Program-made: the position numbers and the translations under genes
Notes under the pieces: generated by a model
What the model was told of the DNA's origin: nothing
The model's input: only the letters and a program-made list of their open reading frames with translations
Database searches by the model: none
Part shown: positions 44,485 through 54,502 of the stretch, piece after piece
Position numbering within the stretch: position 1 is the stretch's first letter
Layout of the letters: each line of letters starts with the position of its first letter
DNA from: Trypanosoma brucei
Taxonomy: Eukaryota
Reading direction: 5' to 3'
Assembly (NCBI GenBank): GCA_000002445.1
Contig: CP000071.1
Location: 1,120,001 to 1,184,000 of the forward strand
Length of the DNA stretch: 64,000 nt

Positions 44485-45522
44485 TTAAATATGTTTTGCG
44501 ACGGCATTGTATATCATCTCGTGTACTTTCTCACGACTATAGCGTTCGCCCTCGTCGTTACAACATTCTATTTGAACCCAATTCCTTTGGTTCTGACAGC
44601 ACCAAACGTAAGTTTGCCTGACATTTTCCTTGTAGGAGAGGCCAGCCGTCTCATGAATGTCCAGCGACTCACGCTTCTCATCCCTTTGCATCGCCACTAG
44701 CGCGGCTGCGGGTGGCAAATCAAGATAAAGAGCGACATCCGGGGGAGGAAGCTTAAGCCATTCCAATTCCAATTGCTCAAGGTGTCTGATGAAGTCACTC
44801 CTTTCACTTTCCTCAAGCTTAGAGGCCTGGTGACCAAAGTTGGACGTGTAGTAACGGTCGAGGAGAATCTTCTTCCCGTGTGTCAACCAGTACCTGAGTT
44901 CCGGGAGAGTGTCAAAGCGATTCAAGGAAAAAAGCAAACTGAACAGTTTAGGATCCAAATCGTGTAAAGCGCCTCTTTCACCTGATAGGACTTTGCGAAT
45001 GAGCTTCCCATATCGATGTTTGTCCGATGGGAAGTCAAGACTAGCGTGAGCCTTTCCTTCCTTATCCAGCCGTTTCCGCATGTACTCTGTTTGGGTGGCC
45101 TTCCCGGCACCGTCTCCACCCTCAAAAACAATTACGGCACTTTCTGAGTTATTGTTGGGCAAGAATGCTCTTACAGCATCGGCCCATGTCTCTGAAGTAT
45201 TTTGTTTGCACTCGATACCGAGGGAGGAAATCGTCTCAAGTAAGTTAGTGGTTTCGCCACCAGTGGTAAGCGAAAGTACGGGAACACGCTTTGAATAAAC
45301 AGCAAATACGACATCTGCATCCTCCACTGTCTTTTCAGTAATAAAACACATGGGGGTACCAACCCTGTAAGGCGTGTGTTTCCCTCGCCACATAAATTCG
45401 TAAGCGAAAGACTTTTCGAGCTGTATAGTTTCCGCATCACCCGCTACCTCTCTGATCACCTCAAGGACTTGTTTGTCCTCAACATCCGTGAAAACTACAA
45501 TTTTTCGGTTCACGGCCACCAT
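44485..45522 (-). CDS. TMPK: Thymidylate kinase (dTMP kinase) with ~140-aa N-terminal extension
   Basis: The C-terminal half carries TMPK motifs: P-loop IVFEGGDGAGKATQ, the DRY motif ILLDRYYTSN, and a lid/LID-like region. The N-terminal ~140 aa (MVAVNRKIVVFTDVEDK...) has no kinase motifs. The ORF call extends to 45567 (MLGFPFFFLLTKY...), but those first 15 codons look like translated polyY tract, so the Met at 45522 is preferred. Confidence 0.78.
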   Translation of the reverse strand: MVAVNRKIVVFTDVEDKQVLEVIREVAGDAETIQLEKSFAYEFMWRGKHTPYRVGTPMCFITEKTVEDADVVFAVYSKRVPVLSLTTGGETTNLLETISSLGIECKQNTSETWADAVRAFLPNNNSESAVIVFEGGDGAGKATQTEYMRKRLDKEGKAHASLDFPSDKHRYGKLIRKVLSGERGALHDLDPKLFSLLFSLNRFDTLPELRYWLTHGKKILLDRYYTSNFGHQASKLEESERSDFIRHLEQLELEWLKLPPPDVALYLDLPPAAALVAMQRDEKRESLDIHETAGLSYKENVRQTYVWCCQNQRNWVQIECCNDEGERYSREKVHEMIYNAVAKHI

Positions 45523-45682
45523 TGATGTATACTTCGTGAGAAGAAAAAAAAAGGGAAAACCTAGCAACTATTATGCTCAGTCGCAAAAAAAAAAAGCCAG
45601 CTCAGGCGGCGCCTCCTCCTCTTCATGTGCGGGAAACAAAACTGAGAAAACAAAACTTACACGGTTTATATGGCTTACGCAA

Positions 45683-48634
45683 CTACTTTAATTTATACCA
45701 CTGATGCCGGCACTGAGCGGCACTACGTCGCACCATCCGCTTGTGATCACTCAATGCCACCTGAGACACATGAAGAACTTCGTCTCTTACCTGCAACGCG
45801 CTGCTCATGTAGGAGTTGCCGCTGTCACCATTCTCTGATGAAAACTGCATGACAAACAAGGCTGCCTCACTCAATAGACGCAGCGAGGTACACCGCACCT
45901 TAAGTAATGGTGATCTAACACCACTCAGCACCAGTGGCAGAAGGTCGTCGGTTCCTAAAAGTGCCTCTACCAACACATTCTTCGGGTCCATCTGAGACAA
46001 AGCAAGGTCGAGCAGCTCCACAAGCTCGTTGACAAACTCTTCATTCAGTGGCTTCGACACTCTTCGGGAAAATTCGACGATGTCACCCCACTCCAACCCA
46101 CAAGTGGGTGACACATCCTGGAGGAGTTTTGCAACAACTCTCAGCAACTCGAGTGAAACGGGTTTGCTGCCCCTCGTGGCAGCATGCACCAGAGGCAAAA
46201 TGAGGGTCGTGGTTTTTCTGCACCCTTGATAACAGAACACGAACACTCCCGTCAGTATATCAACGTAACAATCCTGTACGTATCCACTGCGAAGGGAGTT
46301 GGTAATTTCTTCGATGATTAGTTCAATAATCCCGCCTTCTGCCACACCACAAGCAAGCAGACCACGAGCAACAGCTGCCCGCGCCGCGAGCTGCGTGGTT
46401 GGGTTCAACCGCTTCGCTGCTTCGAGAAAGCGACCTGCGACACCGGGCACCCGCGCACACAGTGATGACACACTCTGCATTGTTAATACATCTGTCGGTG
46501 TGCTGCGCACTGCATCCAAAACTTCGCACATCCAATGTTCTATGTGATCCGAAACACCCAGGACATCCATGTCAAAACATGAAACTAGAGAAGCTGTCAA
46601 TACACCCCATTGCTCTCCCCCCACCTCCTGAAGCACAGATGGAACGAAAGCAATGGGAAGCAGCAGGAGCAAATCGCACAGATAGTCAAAGCTTGCCACA
46701 GAATTCCTCTTTTTGGTCAAAAGCAGAAGGCAACGAATATCTTCGGTAGAGTAGTCCGCGTGCGCAGAGAGACTGGAGCGACACAAGGAAAAAACATCCC
46801 TTTCGGTAAGGGTAAATCCGAACAAACCTTCTGGACATTCTAACAGTGATTTTGTGGCAGCTAGTGATAAAGAGGCCTGCGACCCTAACAAGCCTTTGTA
46901 GAGTGTAAGAATACCGGCTGCTGTGGGATTTATGTCAGCAGGCATGTCCAACAGCGCAACATTCAGTAAATTTCCTTCGACAGAGCCAATGCGTGAGATA
47001 TGCTTCACAACCCTGTTGCCGACTTCCTCATCTCCACAGAGACAAAGTGCTATAAGTCTCTTGTAGATGAGTAGAACTGTGTCATCGGGCATCCAGTGTG
47101 GAAGCCATGCTGCAAGGGTAACCAGCGATGCAAGCAACTCGCACCTTACATGCACAGAAGATGCGTCAGCCTTTTGCAGTGACAAGGTCAACTTCTCCAC
47201 AAGTTGAAACAATTTCTCACTCACGGTTTCGAGACCTTCTTTAACATCACGCTGTGGGGGCGGCCTCTTTCCACATTCGCCACCATTACCCGCATCGAAA
47301 ATCCCACTAAGTATGGCGGAAATGATGAGGACCGCATCGTCGACTTCAAAACTATCCTCCCGCGTATTCGACAGTAGCTGCAGCAAAAAGCACTGCACAG
47401 TGGCCGCACCGCAACATGTGCTACTGCTGACAAGGTGATAGAACATAGTTGCATAGGCGGAACACACAGCTGGTCCCGACCTCAAACTAGCCAGTGCGCC
47501 ACTCGTCATTGGCTCTAGCCACGAGCGGACGATTGATAACGAAACATCCTGCGCTCTTTTGGAGATGAACTTCAATACGTGTACGCAGTCCTTAACGTAC
47601 GGCTCACATTCCCCAGACCCGAGTGATACTGCTCGGACGACTTCGTTCCTTATGTGATTTGTCACAGAAACCACATGCGGGCACAAACTCTCGGTGGTGT
47701 GACTCGAATCCAACGAGAAAATGTTTAAAAGCGCATTCGTGGATTCCTGCTTAACAACAGAGGATGGGGACGCCATTCTTGACAACAGAAATGGGACACA
47801 AATGTTCAAATACAAGGGATGCGTCATGCATGCCGACAGGACACGCCGCAAATCCTCTTTCGACACCTTACATCCGGGTGGTTGTGAAAATACCACCGGG
47901 AAATAACTAGAAATACTGTCAAAATACTCCTCCAGCAAGGGTTGCATGGCATCTTCTCTCGCATAAGAGGCAATTATGTGATGTAACTCAAGCGCACGCA
48001 TTAGTAACTCCGGTTCATTTTCCTCATCCATAGATTTTAGGACAACTTGAAGAAAGGGGGTGGTGAACCACGTTGCGGTCTCTTTTGTAACAGTAAAGCG
48101 AAGAACGTCGTACCCCCAACTCCGGACGTTGGTCGGGAGGGCTTGCAAACTGAAGCTCTGCAAAAACTCAGTGTGTAAAACGTTGAAAACGTCACTGGTA
48201 CATGGCCCCTCTGATGACAGCTCTCTGACAAGAAGGGCCGTAGATTCCACAGCAACCGCGATCGTTTGCATTGAAGAGAGCTTTCTGGAGAAAAACCTCA
48301 GCATAACATCGACCTCTTCAATTGTGCGGTCGCGCCGATTCACTGTAGCAAGCCCCAGAACACGGACTGCATTTACAACGTGCTCTTCTCCTGTGAGGTA
48401 TTTACCCATCATGCGCGATAATTGCAGAAGAGGGATTTCGCGAAGCTTTTCAAGCGCCACTTCATCAGCGTTAGTCCCGCACGTAACAACACCTTGAAGT
48501 AATGTATCAACTTCCTCAACAGACATACTACTTTTTCGATATATATTCTTTACTCGTCCTATTCTTGGTTTCTTCAAGTTTTCTTCTACTGACAACCAGT
48601 TTTCAGGCGATAGGCAACCGTAAAGTGACTGCAA
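45683..48634 (-). CDS. MMS19: MMS19-like HEAT/ARM-repeat protein (CIA targeting complex component), tentative
   Basis: 983-aa all-helical Leu/Ala-rich ORF. The N-terminal region EEYFDSISSYFPVVFSQPPGCKVSKEDLRRVLSACMTHPLYLNICVPFLLSRMASPSSVVKQESTNALLNIF aligns by eye with the human MMS19 N-domain block FEVTSCYFPIDFTPPPNDPHGIQREDLILSLRAVLASTP.FAEFLLPLLIEKVDS..LSAKLDSLQTLNAC. Size matches MMS19 (~1000 aa). The start codon is uncertain (a possible later Met is MSVEEVDTLLQGVV). Confidence 0.6.
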   Translation of the reverse strand: MQSLYGCLSPENWLSVEENLKKPRIGRVKNIYRKSSMSVEEVDTLLQGVVTCGTNADEVALEKLREIPLLQLSRMMGKYLTGEEHVVNAVRVLGLATVNRRDRTIEEVDVMLRFFSRKLSSMQTIAVAVESTALLVRELSSEGPCTSDVFNVLHTEFLQSFSLQALPTNVRSWGYDVLRFTVTKETATWFTTPFLQVVLKSMDEENEPELLMRALELHHIIASYAREDAMQPLLEEYFDSISSYFPVVFSQPPGCKVSKEDLRRVLSACMTHPLYLNICVPFLLSRMASPSSVVKQESTNALLNIFSLDSSHTTESLCPHVVSVTNHIRNEVVRAVSLGSGECEPYVKDCVHVLKFISKRAQDVSLSIVRSWLEPMTSGALASLRSGPAVCSAYATMFYHLVSSSTCCGAATVQCFLLQLLSNTREDSFEVDDAVLIISAILSGIFDAGNGGECGKRPPPQRDVKEGLETVSEKLFQLVEKLTLSLQKADASSVHVRCELLASLVTLAAWLPHWMPDDTVLLIYKRLIALCLCGDEEVGNRVVKHISRIGSVEGNLLNVALLDMPADINPTAAGILTLYKGLLGSQASLSLAATKSLLECPEGLFGFTLTERDVFSLCRSSLSAHADYSTEDIRCLLLLTKKRNSVASFDYLCDLLLLLPIAFVPSVLQEVGGEQWGVLTASLVSCFDMDVLGVSDHIEHWMCEVLDAVRSTPTDVLTMQSVSSLCARVPGVAGRFLEAAKRLNPTTQLAARAAVARGLLACGVAEGGIIELIIEEITNSLRSGYVQDCYVDILTGVFVFCYQGCRKTTTLILPLVHAATRGSKPVSLELLRVVAKLLQDVSPTCGLEWGDIVEFSRRVSKPLNEEFVNELVELLDLALSQMDPKNVLVEALLGTDDLLPLVLSGVRSPLLKVRCTSLRLLSEAALFVMQFSSENGDSGNSYMSSALQVRDEVLHVSQVALSDHKRMVRRSAAQCRHQWYKLK

Positions 48635-50055
48635 CTCCCTCCCTCCCGGTGGCGTTTACAACCCACCTTTCAACAGAATGGAGGAAAGGTAGGAAGAATG
48701 TCGACGTTGTATAAGCGTAAAAAGCAAGGTATGTGCAGAAACAAACAACGACCTTCCGAACACAAAGATTAATTTAATACGACACAAAGTTGCCTTGGTT
48801 CCCCTGCACACAGAGACGCATAGCAATTGGCGGCACACAGTCAACAGTTGAGAAACTACGGCGTCAAAACGCAGATTTTCTGAGAGTCAAACTGGAAGGA
48901 AGATACGGTTCCAAATGACACTCCTGATGAATGTCTAAGGTGGAGTGAAGGGAGCTGGAGCACGCCGACAGCAAGGGGTTTCAGAACTATGCGTGTCGAG
49001 TAAACCGCAAGGGGTCCAATGGGGAAGCTCCATTGCTCTATCCCGCCCACTAGGAAAAACTCCCCATTTCTCTTCAGTGTCAACTGACAACTTTGAGGAA
49101 TCGCGGTTTTGTTGACAACATTACAAACCAAAGTAACATAGGAACTCCGTCGGATAAATCATCGTAAATACATCTAATATGTTAAATCTTCCCTCTAAAA
49201 AAAATGTCAGACAACCCTTCTAAGTTATTCTCAAACGACAATAATATCCACTTCTAGTTTGAGTGAAAAAGAAAAATCAAATCTTAGTGCAGTATATAGG
49301 GGGAACCCCGGCGATGATAATAAGATGGAAAAGAGACATATATGTATAAACACGTGGGAAAACAGTGAATTAGGTACCCATAAAGGAGTAGGCTCGTACT
49401 GAGAGTGCATGCTCCTCGACAAACAGAAATAGGTAAAATATTTCCTTAATGTGGACCAAAAAAAAAAACAATATAAACAAGAAAATGTGAAACAATGGAA
49501 GTGGAAACAGTAATAACAGTGGTACTAAAAAAAAACATGATTAAAACTAACGCGTCCCCCTAGAATTGAACACTCACAAGGGCTTAGGTTATTTGATAAA
49601 AAACAAAAGAGATGTTACGAATACCTATAGAAAAACGCTTATAAAATGCAGCACAGGGTACAAACTATGTCAACGAGCCTCTACGGGTAGTGAGGGGGAA
49701 AAATCCGTGTCATTGACGACGAAAGTATAAGCATCCACTCACGAAGGCAAACTACGATAATTCTACGCGGCTTCAGCCCTATCAATATATATATATATGT
49801 ATATTAGTAATAATAACTAATTAACGAACTCACAAATTCGTTCAGCAGTTTTTACCCCAAAATATACCATTGAGAGCAAGCGCACTGGTGCGTCCTTTAT
49901 TGAAGTCCCCGAAACCCAATACTGTACTTCGAGCAAGAGGAAATAATTATTTCTCTCAAAGAAAAGGGGTATCATATGAGGAATTTTCAAACAAGCAGAG
50001 TTTAAAAAAAATACAACAGCTTATTGGAATAATGCAAAAAAAAAAAATGAACTAA

Positions 50056-51984
50056 CTAATAGACGGCGGTGCCGACGTTATTATTTTCAACAGAGGTATC
50101 ATCAAAATTCCACTCTACATTCAAGCAGATATCGCCACATTTCACACGGCCCTGAACGCGTGAACAATAATAAACCCCTGGTTCTCTCAAGTCGAAAAGA
50201 GCAGAAACGCTACTGGAGTTACATGAGCACAGCTCAACAGACCTATCAACAGAAGTCTGCGTGGCCCAACTATCCAATTTGTTATCACGCATTCGAGAAA
50301 GATTGACGCAAAGGGAGTCCACATTTACATTGTCAATGGAATGTGTGCGGAACACCATTACCAACTCATGCATTGAATCATCCCCATGTACCTCACTGAA
50401 ACCGCAGAAGATGTTAAAGGGAGCGTAATACCCTTTGTGCGGATATGAAAGAAAACTGTCAAGTGAAAAGCTAGACATCATCTTCGCAAATGAATCACGA
50501 AATCGCCTTTGACTTTCCTCCGCACCAGGTCCAAAGGACAAGGAGGCGTAAGAAAGAGTGACCTCCCTGGAACACTTTTCTACTAATTCGTCGGGTACTG
50601 ACTTCGACAATTCTATTAGCAACCCGTGAATAACCTTAGCACCTTCGTACGACTTAACACCGTGTTCCCACAACATCTCCAGTGAATACAGTGCTTCATC
50701 AGTCCTTCGAAGCATGACATTCAGCCGCGCCGAAGTGTAAAGCAGTTCTACCGTCGGCACGGTCAAGGACGCACATTCGCTCAACAATTCACCCACTCGT
50801 TTCGTGAGAGCATCCGAGGTTCCACTGAGTGAGCAAATATTAACGTGCGCCTCTGAGCAGCACTCCACACCAATCAGAACAGGCGCCACAGTTTGCTGTG
50901 CAGAAGTCTCAAGTGACCGATTTACCTTAAGAGCATCTTCATAAGCAAACATACATGCGCAAAGATGGCCCATCGAAGCAACAGGCACCGCATGGCAGGT
51001 ATTCTTCGCTAACCAGTAATGGCACTCAGCAATAAGCAACGGTTTCAGAAACTGCACCATGGTAAAGTTCTCACCAGTAGAAGGAGTGATCTGTCCCAAC
51101 CATACGATATGATCCTCACACATACCATAATATAAATCCTCAAAGCTAACATCGGACAGAGCTTTGGCAGCATTCAGTAAGTGCATAATAATGACCGTGC
51201 CGCACATGCGCAATTCCATCGGTGACTGAGGAGGGGCAACATCTCTTAGGCAGTTATAAGCGTTGGTAAAATGCTTTACAGCCGCACCCAAATCACGCAC
51301 AACAAGAGAGTGCCACCCGGTCTTGAACCCCAATCGCACTGCAAGGTAATTTGGTTCCGGTGGCTTGTTCCTAATGCGAGCCAACTCCTCCATGTGATAT
51401 GCCGTTGATGTTTTCTTCAACATATGGTAGAGGCGTTCCGCGCTCTCCCTTTCCATCCCTAGTTTGAATAAAATTATCAGCTCATTAAAATCATCCCCTA
51501 GCCTCTGTTTGAGTACTCGTTGCAGTGTTTCTAGTTTTTCTTTCACATCCTCTCCTTCATTGGAACATTTCTCAGTTGCGAGTGCGACAATAATTTTGCT
51601 TCGCAGTGTGCGTGTCCACGCCAGCAGTTGGTCCCACATGCTGGAATTCCCAATCTCATCCATTGCGACATCGCTCACCGTTTCCCAATCCAGGCTAAAA
51701 ATAACGCAGCTAAACCTGGAATGTAAACGCCTCGTGCACCAGTCGCTTTTCAGAACACCGAGTGCATTCGGAAGAGGTGCACCTGCAGCCTTTTGCTTCG
51801 TGGGGAGCGATCTCAGGTCTGGAAAATATTTGATGTGAAAGAGTGACGACTGATTTGACATGCGAGACAATCCCTCAGATATGCATAGCCGCTTTCCACT
51901 GACGACGGCAACCAAGAAGGGAGGCTCATTATCAAGGTAGCTCTTGTAACAACTGTCGGTGTAAATCTGGGATAAGAAGTTCAT
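50056..51984 (-). CDS. Hypothetical conserved protein (no recognisable domain)
   Basis: 642-aa ORF on the transcribed strand with protein-like, non-repetitive composition. Several Cys pairs and TPR-like helical stretches are present, but I cannot assign a family. Confidence 0.5.
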   Translation of the reverse strand: MNFLSQIYTDSCYKSYLDNEPPFLVAVVSGKRLCISEGLSRMSNQSSLFHIKYFPDLRSLPTKQKAAGAPLPNALGVLKSDWCTRRLHSRFSCVIFSLDWETVSDVAMDEIGNSSMWDQLLAWTRTLRSKIIVALATEKCSNEGEDVKEKLETLQRVLKQRLGDDFNELIILFKLGMERESAERLYHMLKKTSTAYHMEELARIRNKPPEPNYLAVRLGFKTGWHSLVVRDLGAAVKHFTNAYNCLRDVAPPQSPMELRMCGTVIIMHLLNAAKALSDVSFEDLYYGMCEDHIVWLGQITPSTGENFTMVQFLKPLLIAECHYWLAKNTCHAVPVASMGHLCACMFAYEDALKVNRSLETSAQQTVAPVLIGVECCSEAHVNICSLSGTSDALTKRVGELLSECASLTVPTVELLYTSARLNVMLRRTDEALYSLEMLWEHGVKSYEGAKVIHGLLIELSKSVPDELVEKCSREVTLSYASLSFGPGAEESQRRFRDSFAKMMSSFSLDSFLSYPHKGYYAPFNIFCGFSEVHGDDSMHELVMVFRTHSIDNVNVDSLCVNLSRMRDNKLDSWATQTSVDRSVELCSCNSSSVSALFDLREPGVYYCSRVQGRVKCGDICLNVEWNFDDTSVENNNVGTAVY

Positions 51985-53998
51985 TTCGCTAGTACAACAC
52001 CTTTAAAGGGGGAAAAAACTGTGGAAACTTAGGGGGAGTAGATGGGCACGCACAGGGTAACAGAACTTACGAGCGTGCACGGAGTGAAAGCTGACTTCAG
52101 TGCAAAACATGTCGCTCCACGCCTCAGTAAAATATAATAGTTCCAACATTGACAAACAAAAGGGAAGGGAACACCGCCACGAAGAAAGAGGGAAAGTACT
52201 ACTTTACGAAGGGGGATTGGTCAAACTGCCAGCACAAAACAATCAATAGTGACCGGTGTAGCCAAACCAACCCACGAAACGAAAAATGGCAGATGGATGT
52301 TAGTGGACTCCAACCTTTGAAAACTAAGGATGATGTAGCTCCCGCTCATACCCATCCTGTTGGGCACGTGCCGCAACCCTTGTGGGAAAACGGAACGCGA
52401 AGGTTCCTCTCAGAACAAATTACCGCCAACGGCAAAGTTTTCTAATTGCGACATACATAAGCATAGGAAAGGATGCCCTCGTAGAGAGAGTAACTGCGGA
52501 CACAAACTCCATTCCAGCTCACGGCAGCAGTCCCCCACAAGCCGTTCATGCATTCCCAATGCTGCAGCAAAAAAAAGCAAAAAAAAGGATTGTAAACCTG
52601 CGTCCGGCGCTAAAATGCAGCTCGAGACCTGGGGAAACCAACTTGAAATGTTTACCCCCCTTCCAACGGGTAAGTGTTCCCTCGATGCTTCCTCAGTGCT
52701 CACAGAGGCAAGGCCAGATTGCGACTCCCAGAACCCCCGAAACACATATACATACACCTCGAAGGTCAATGGCGAAGACTCGAAGCGGGTCCCGTCGCAG
52801 GTCGGTCGCTTCGATACATTCCAGTAACCCCCTTTTACACGGCACTCCGAACACGAGAACCTGGGGCGACACCTTTCACATCGTAACCTACTGAGGGGGG
52901 GGGGAGCGCGCGGGCGCGGAATCTCACGCTAGAATGAATAAAAGGGTGAGAAAAGTGCATCTACCACCTTTGCAGCCAAAGGAAGCGCCTTTGATGGGCG
53001 AAACGGCGCCGCGCCGCAGCCACCCACACGGCAGCCTTTCCTCTGAGAGTGACCAACAGCCAGTGGCGGGCACCCCAGTTATAGGCCAACTTGCATCGGA
53101 AGCCTATGCGCACACAGAATGGTTCGAAACGTGGTGCACCCCTTCCAAAGTGCTACGATTTTGGTGGCGAGAGACGGCCAGTGGGAACGTGCAATTTTGC
53201 TTCCACGAGCGTGCGTCTTGCTAACCAATTTTCGGAAACACAACAACCACGAAGCTACAACACACACGCACGGGCCCCCGCATACGTCGTCGTCCTGAAG
53301 CCCAATTTTTGTGTCCGGGTGGACGCATCGGTTTCCCATCGTGGCCTCCGTCTCACAGGTTTTGCAGGGAGAAAGTAAAAAAAACGGGTTAGAGTGGTAA
53401 AACAAAGCTCGGGCACACCTTGCCGCGGGTCCGTTAACCAGAAACTGCGGTGCAAAACAGCACATCCAGAGGCAAATTGCGAAGAAAAAATCCGTCGCAG
53501 ACGGCGCTGGCAACCTCGGCGCGGCAGAGGGCTCTGACGCTGCGTCTTTCGGGACGGCCAAGGCCAAGACACGACATCATGAGGAACCCACTAGCTTCCC
53601 ACAGGTCCGTTATCGCGCAACTCAAAGCAAACCGCACCATTTCAGGCGTGACATAGCGAATGTACTAAGAGAGCACCCTCCCTGAAGGTAGCGGCCTACA
53701 GCTCAGGAGCGCCACATTAATACGTAGGCCCAAGCTAATGTTGAGATGGGAAGTGAAAGTTTCGGTGAAGCGCAGTACCGAGGAAGAGTGTTTCCGAATC
53801 TTCATGTCCAAGACCACGAGGAGACACATTACACTATATCACCAATCCCTTTGTGTCAAGTGGTGTAAGCCCCCAGTTACTTTCCTCACACTTCGATACC
53901 GCAACAGGGTTCTCTTTCGCAATTAAATAAGGCTCATACGCGCGGAAGACCACAAAGATATGAAAATGAAAGCGAGGGTGGGCAGATTGCACAACGCT

Positions 53999-54502
53999 TC
54001 AGTGGAAACGGTGTACAATTACCGCCTGGTAGATGCCACGGGCCATGGACTGAGGGATCTGCATTATTGGGGAAAAAAAGAATGGGACAGCTACGACAAC
54101 ATTGGGGGGAAACAAACTGATATTCGTGGAGCGGGCAAATGCAGCCCCATCGCCACGCAGTAACCTAACCGAATCCCTGACAATAGAAAAGGGTGCGGGA
54201 ATGTCACTGGATGTTTTCCAAGCGTATACAACGTCATCGAGAAAACTCCGGATATCGTCGATGGCGTGCTCGCACGTGTCCGGGACTGAGAAGTCAAAAA
54301 CGGTGTCCCAGAAAAACGCGACCGGCCCCGACGCTATGAGAAGCCGGAGCTGGAGCAAAGCAGAGTTCCCCATGAAAGGAACGCTGCTGACTATTGGCTT
54401 CCTCTGAAAATACGGGGTACTGGACCCTGGCACCACGTTGAGGTGGCCGGCGTCGCCCCTGAGCAGACTCTTGACAATCACAAACTCGCTGTTGCCGCTC
54501 AT
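53999..54502 (-). CDS. Small hypothetical protein (167 aa), the only credible ORF in the 52-58 kb region
   Basis: Minus-strand ORF with balanced, non-repetitive composition (MSGNSEFVIVKSLLRGDAGHLNVVPGSS...IYQAVIVHRFH). No family recognised. The partly overlapping 137-aa ORF (54294..54707) looks like noise. Confidence 0.3.
   Translation of the reverse strand: MSGNSEFVIVKSLLRGDAGHLNVVPGSSTPYFQRKPIVSSVPFMGNSALLQLRLLIASGPVAFFWDTVFDFSVPDTCEHAIDDIRSFLDDVVYAWKTSSDIPAPFSIVRDSVRLLRGDGAAFARSTNISLFPPNVVVAVPFFFSPIMQIPQSMARGIYQAVIVHRFH

Noticed and set aside
53111-53125. tRNA-like T-loop strings (ggttcgaaacg at about 53111; gcgttcgaaggc at about 58303)
   Set aside because: The flanks do not form T-stems or acceptor stems, and position 60 is a purine. 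No credible tRNA, SL RNA or rRNA was found by eye. A proper tRNAscan/Infernal run is still needed.
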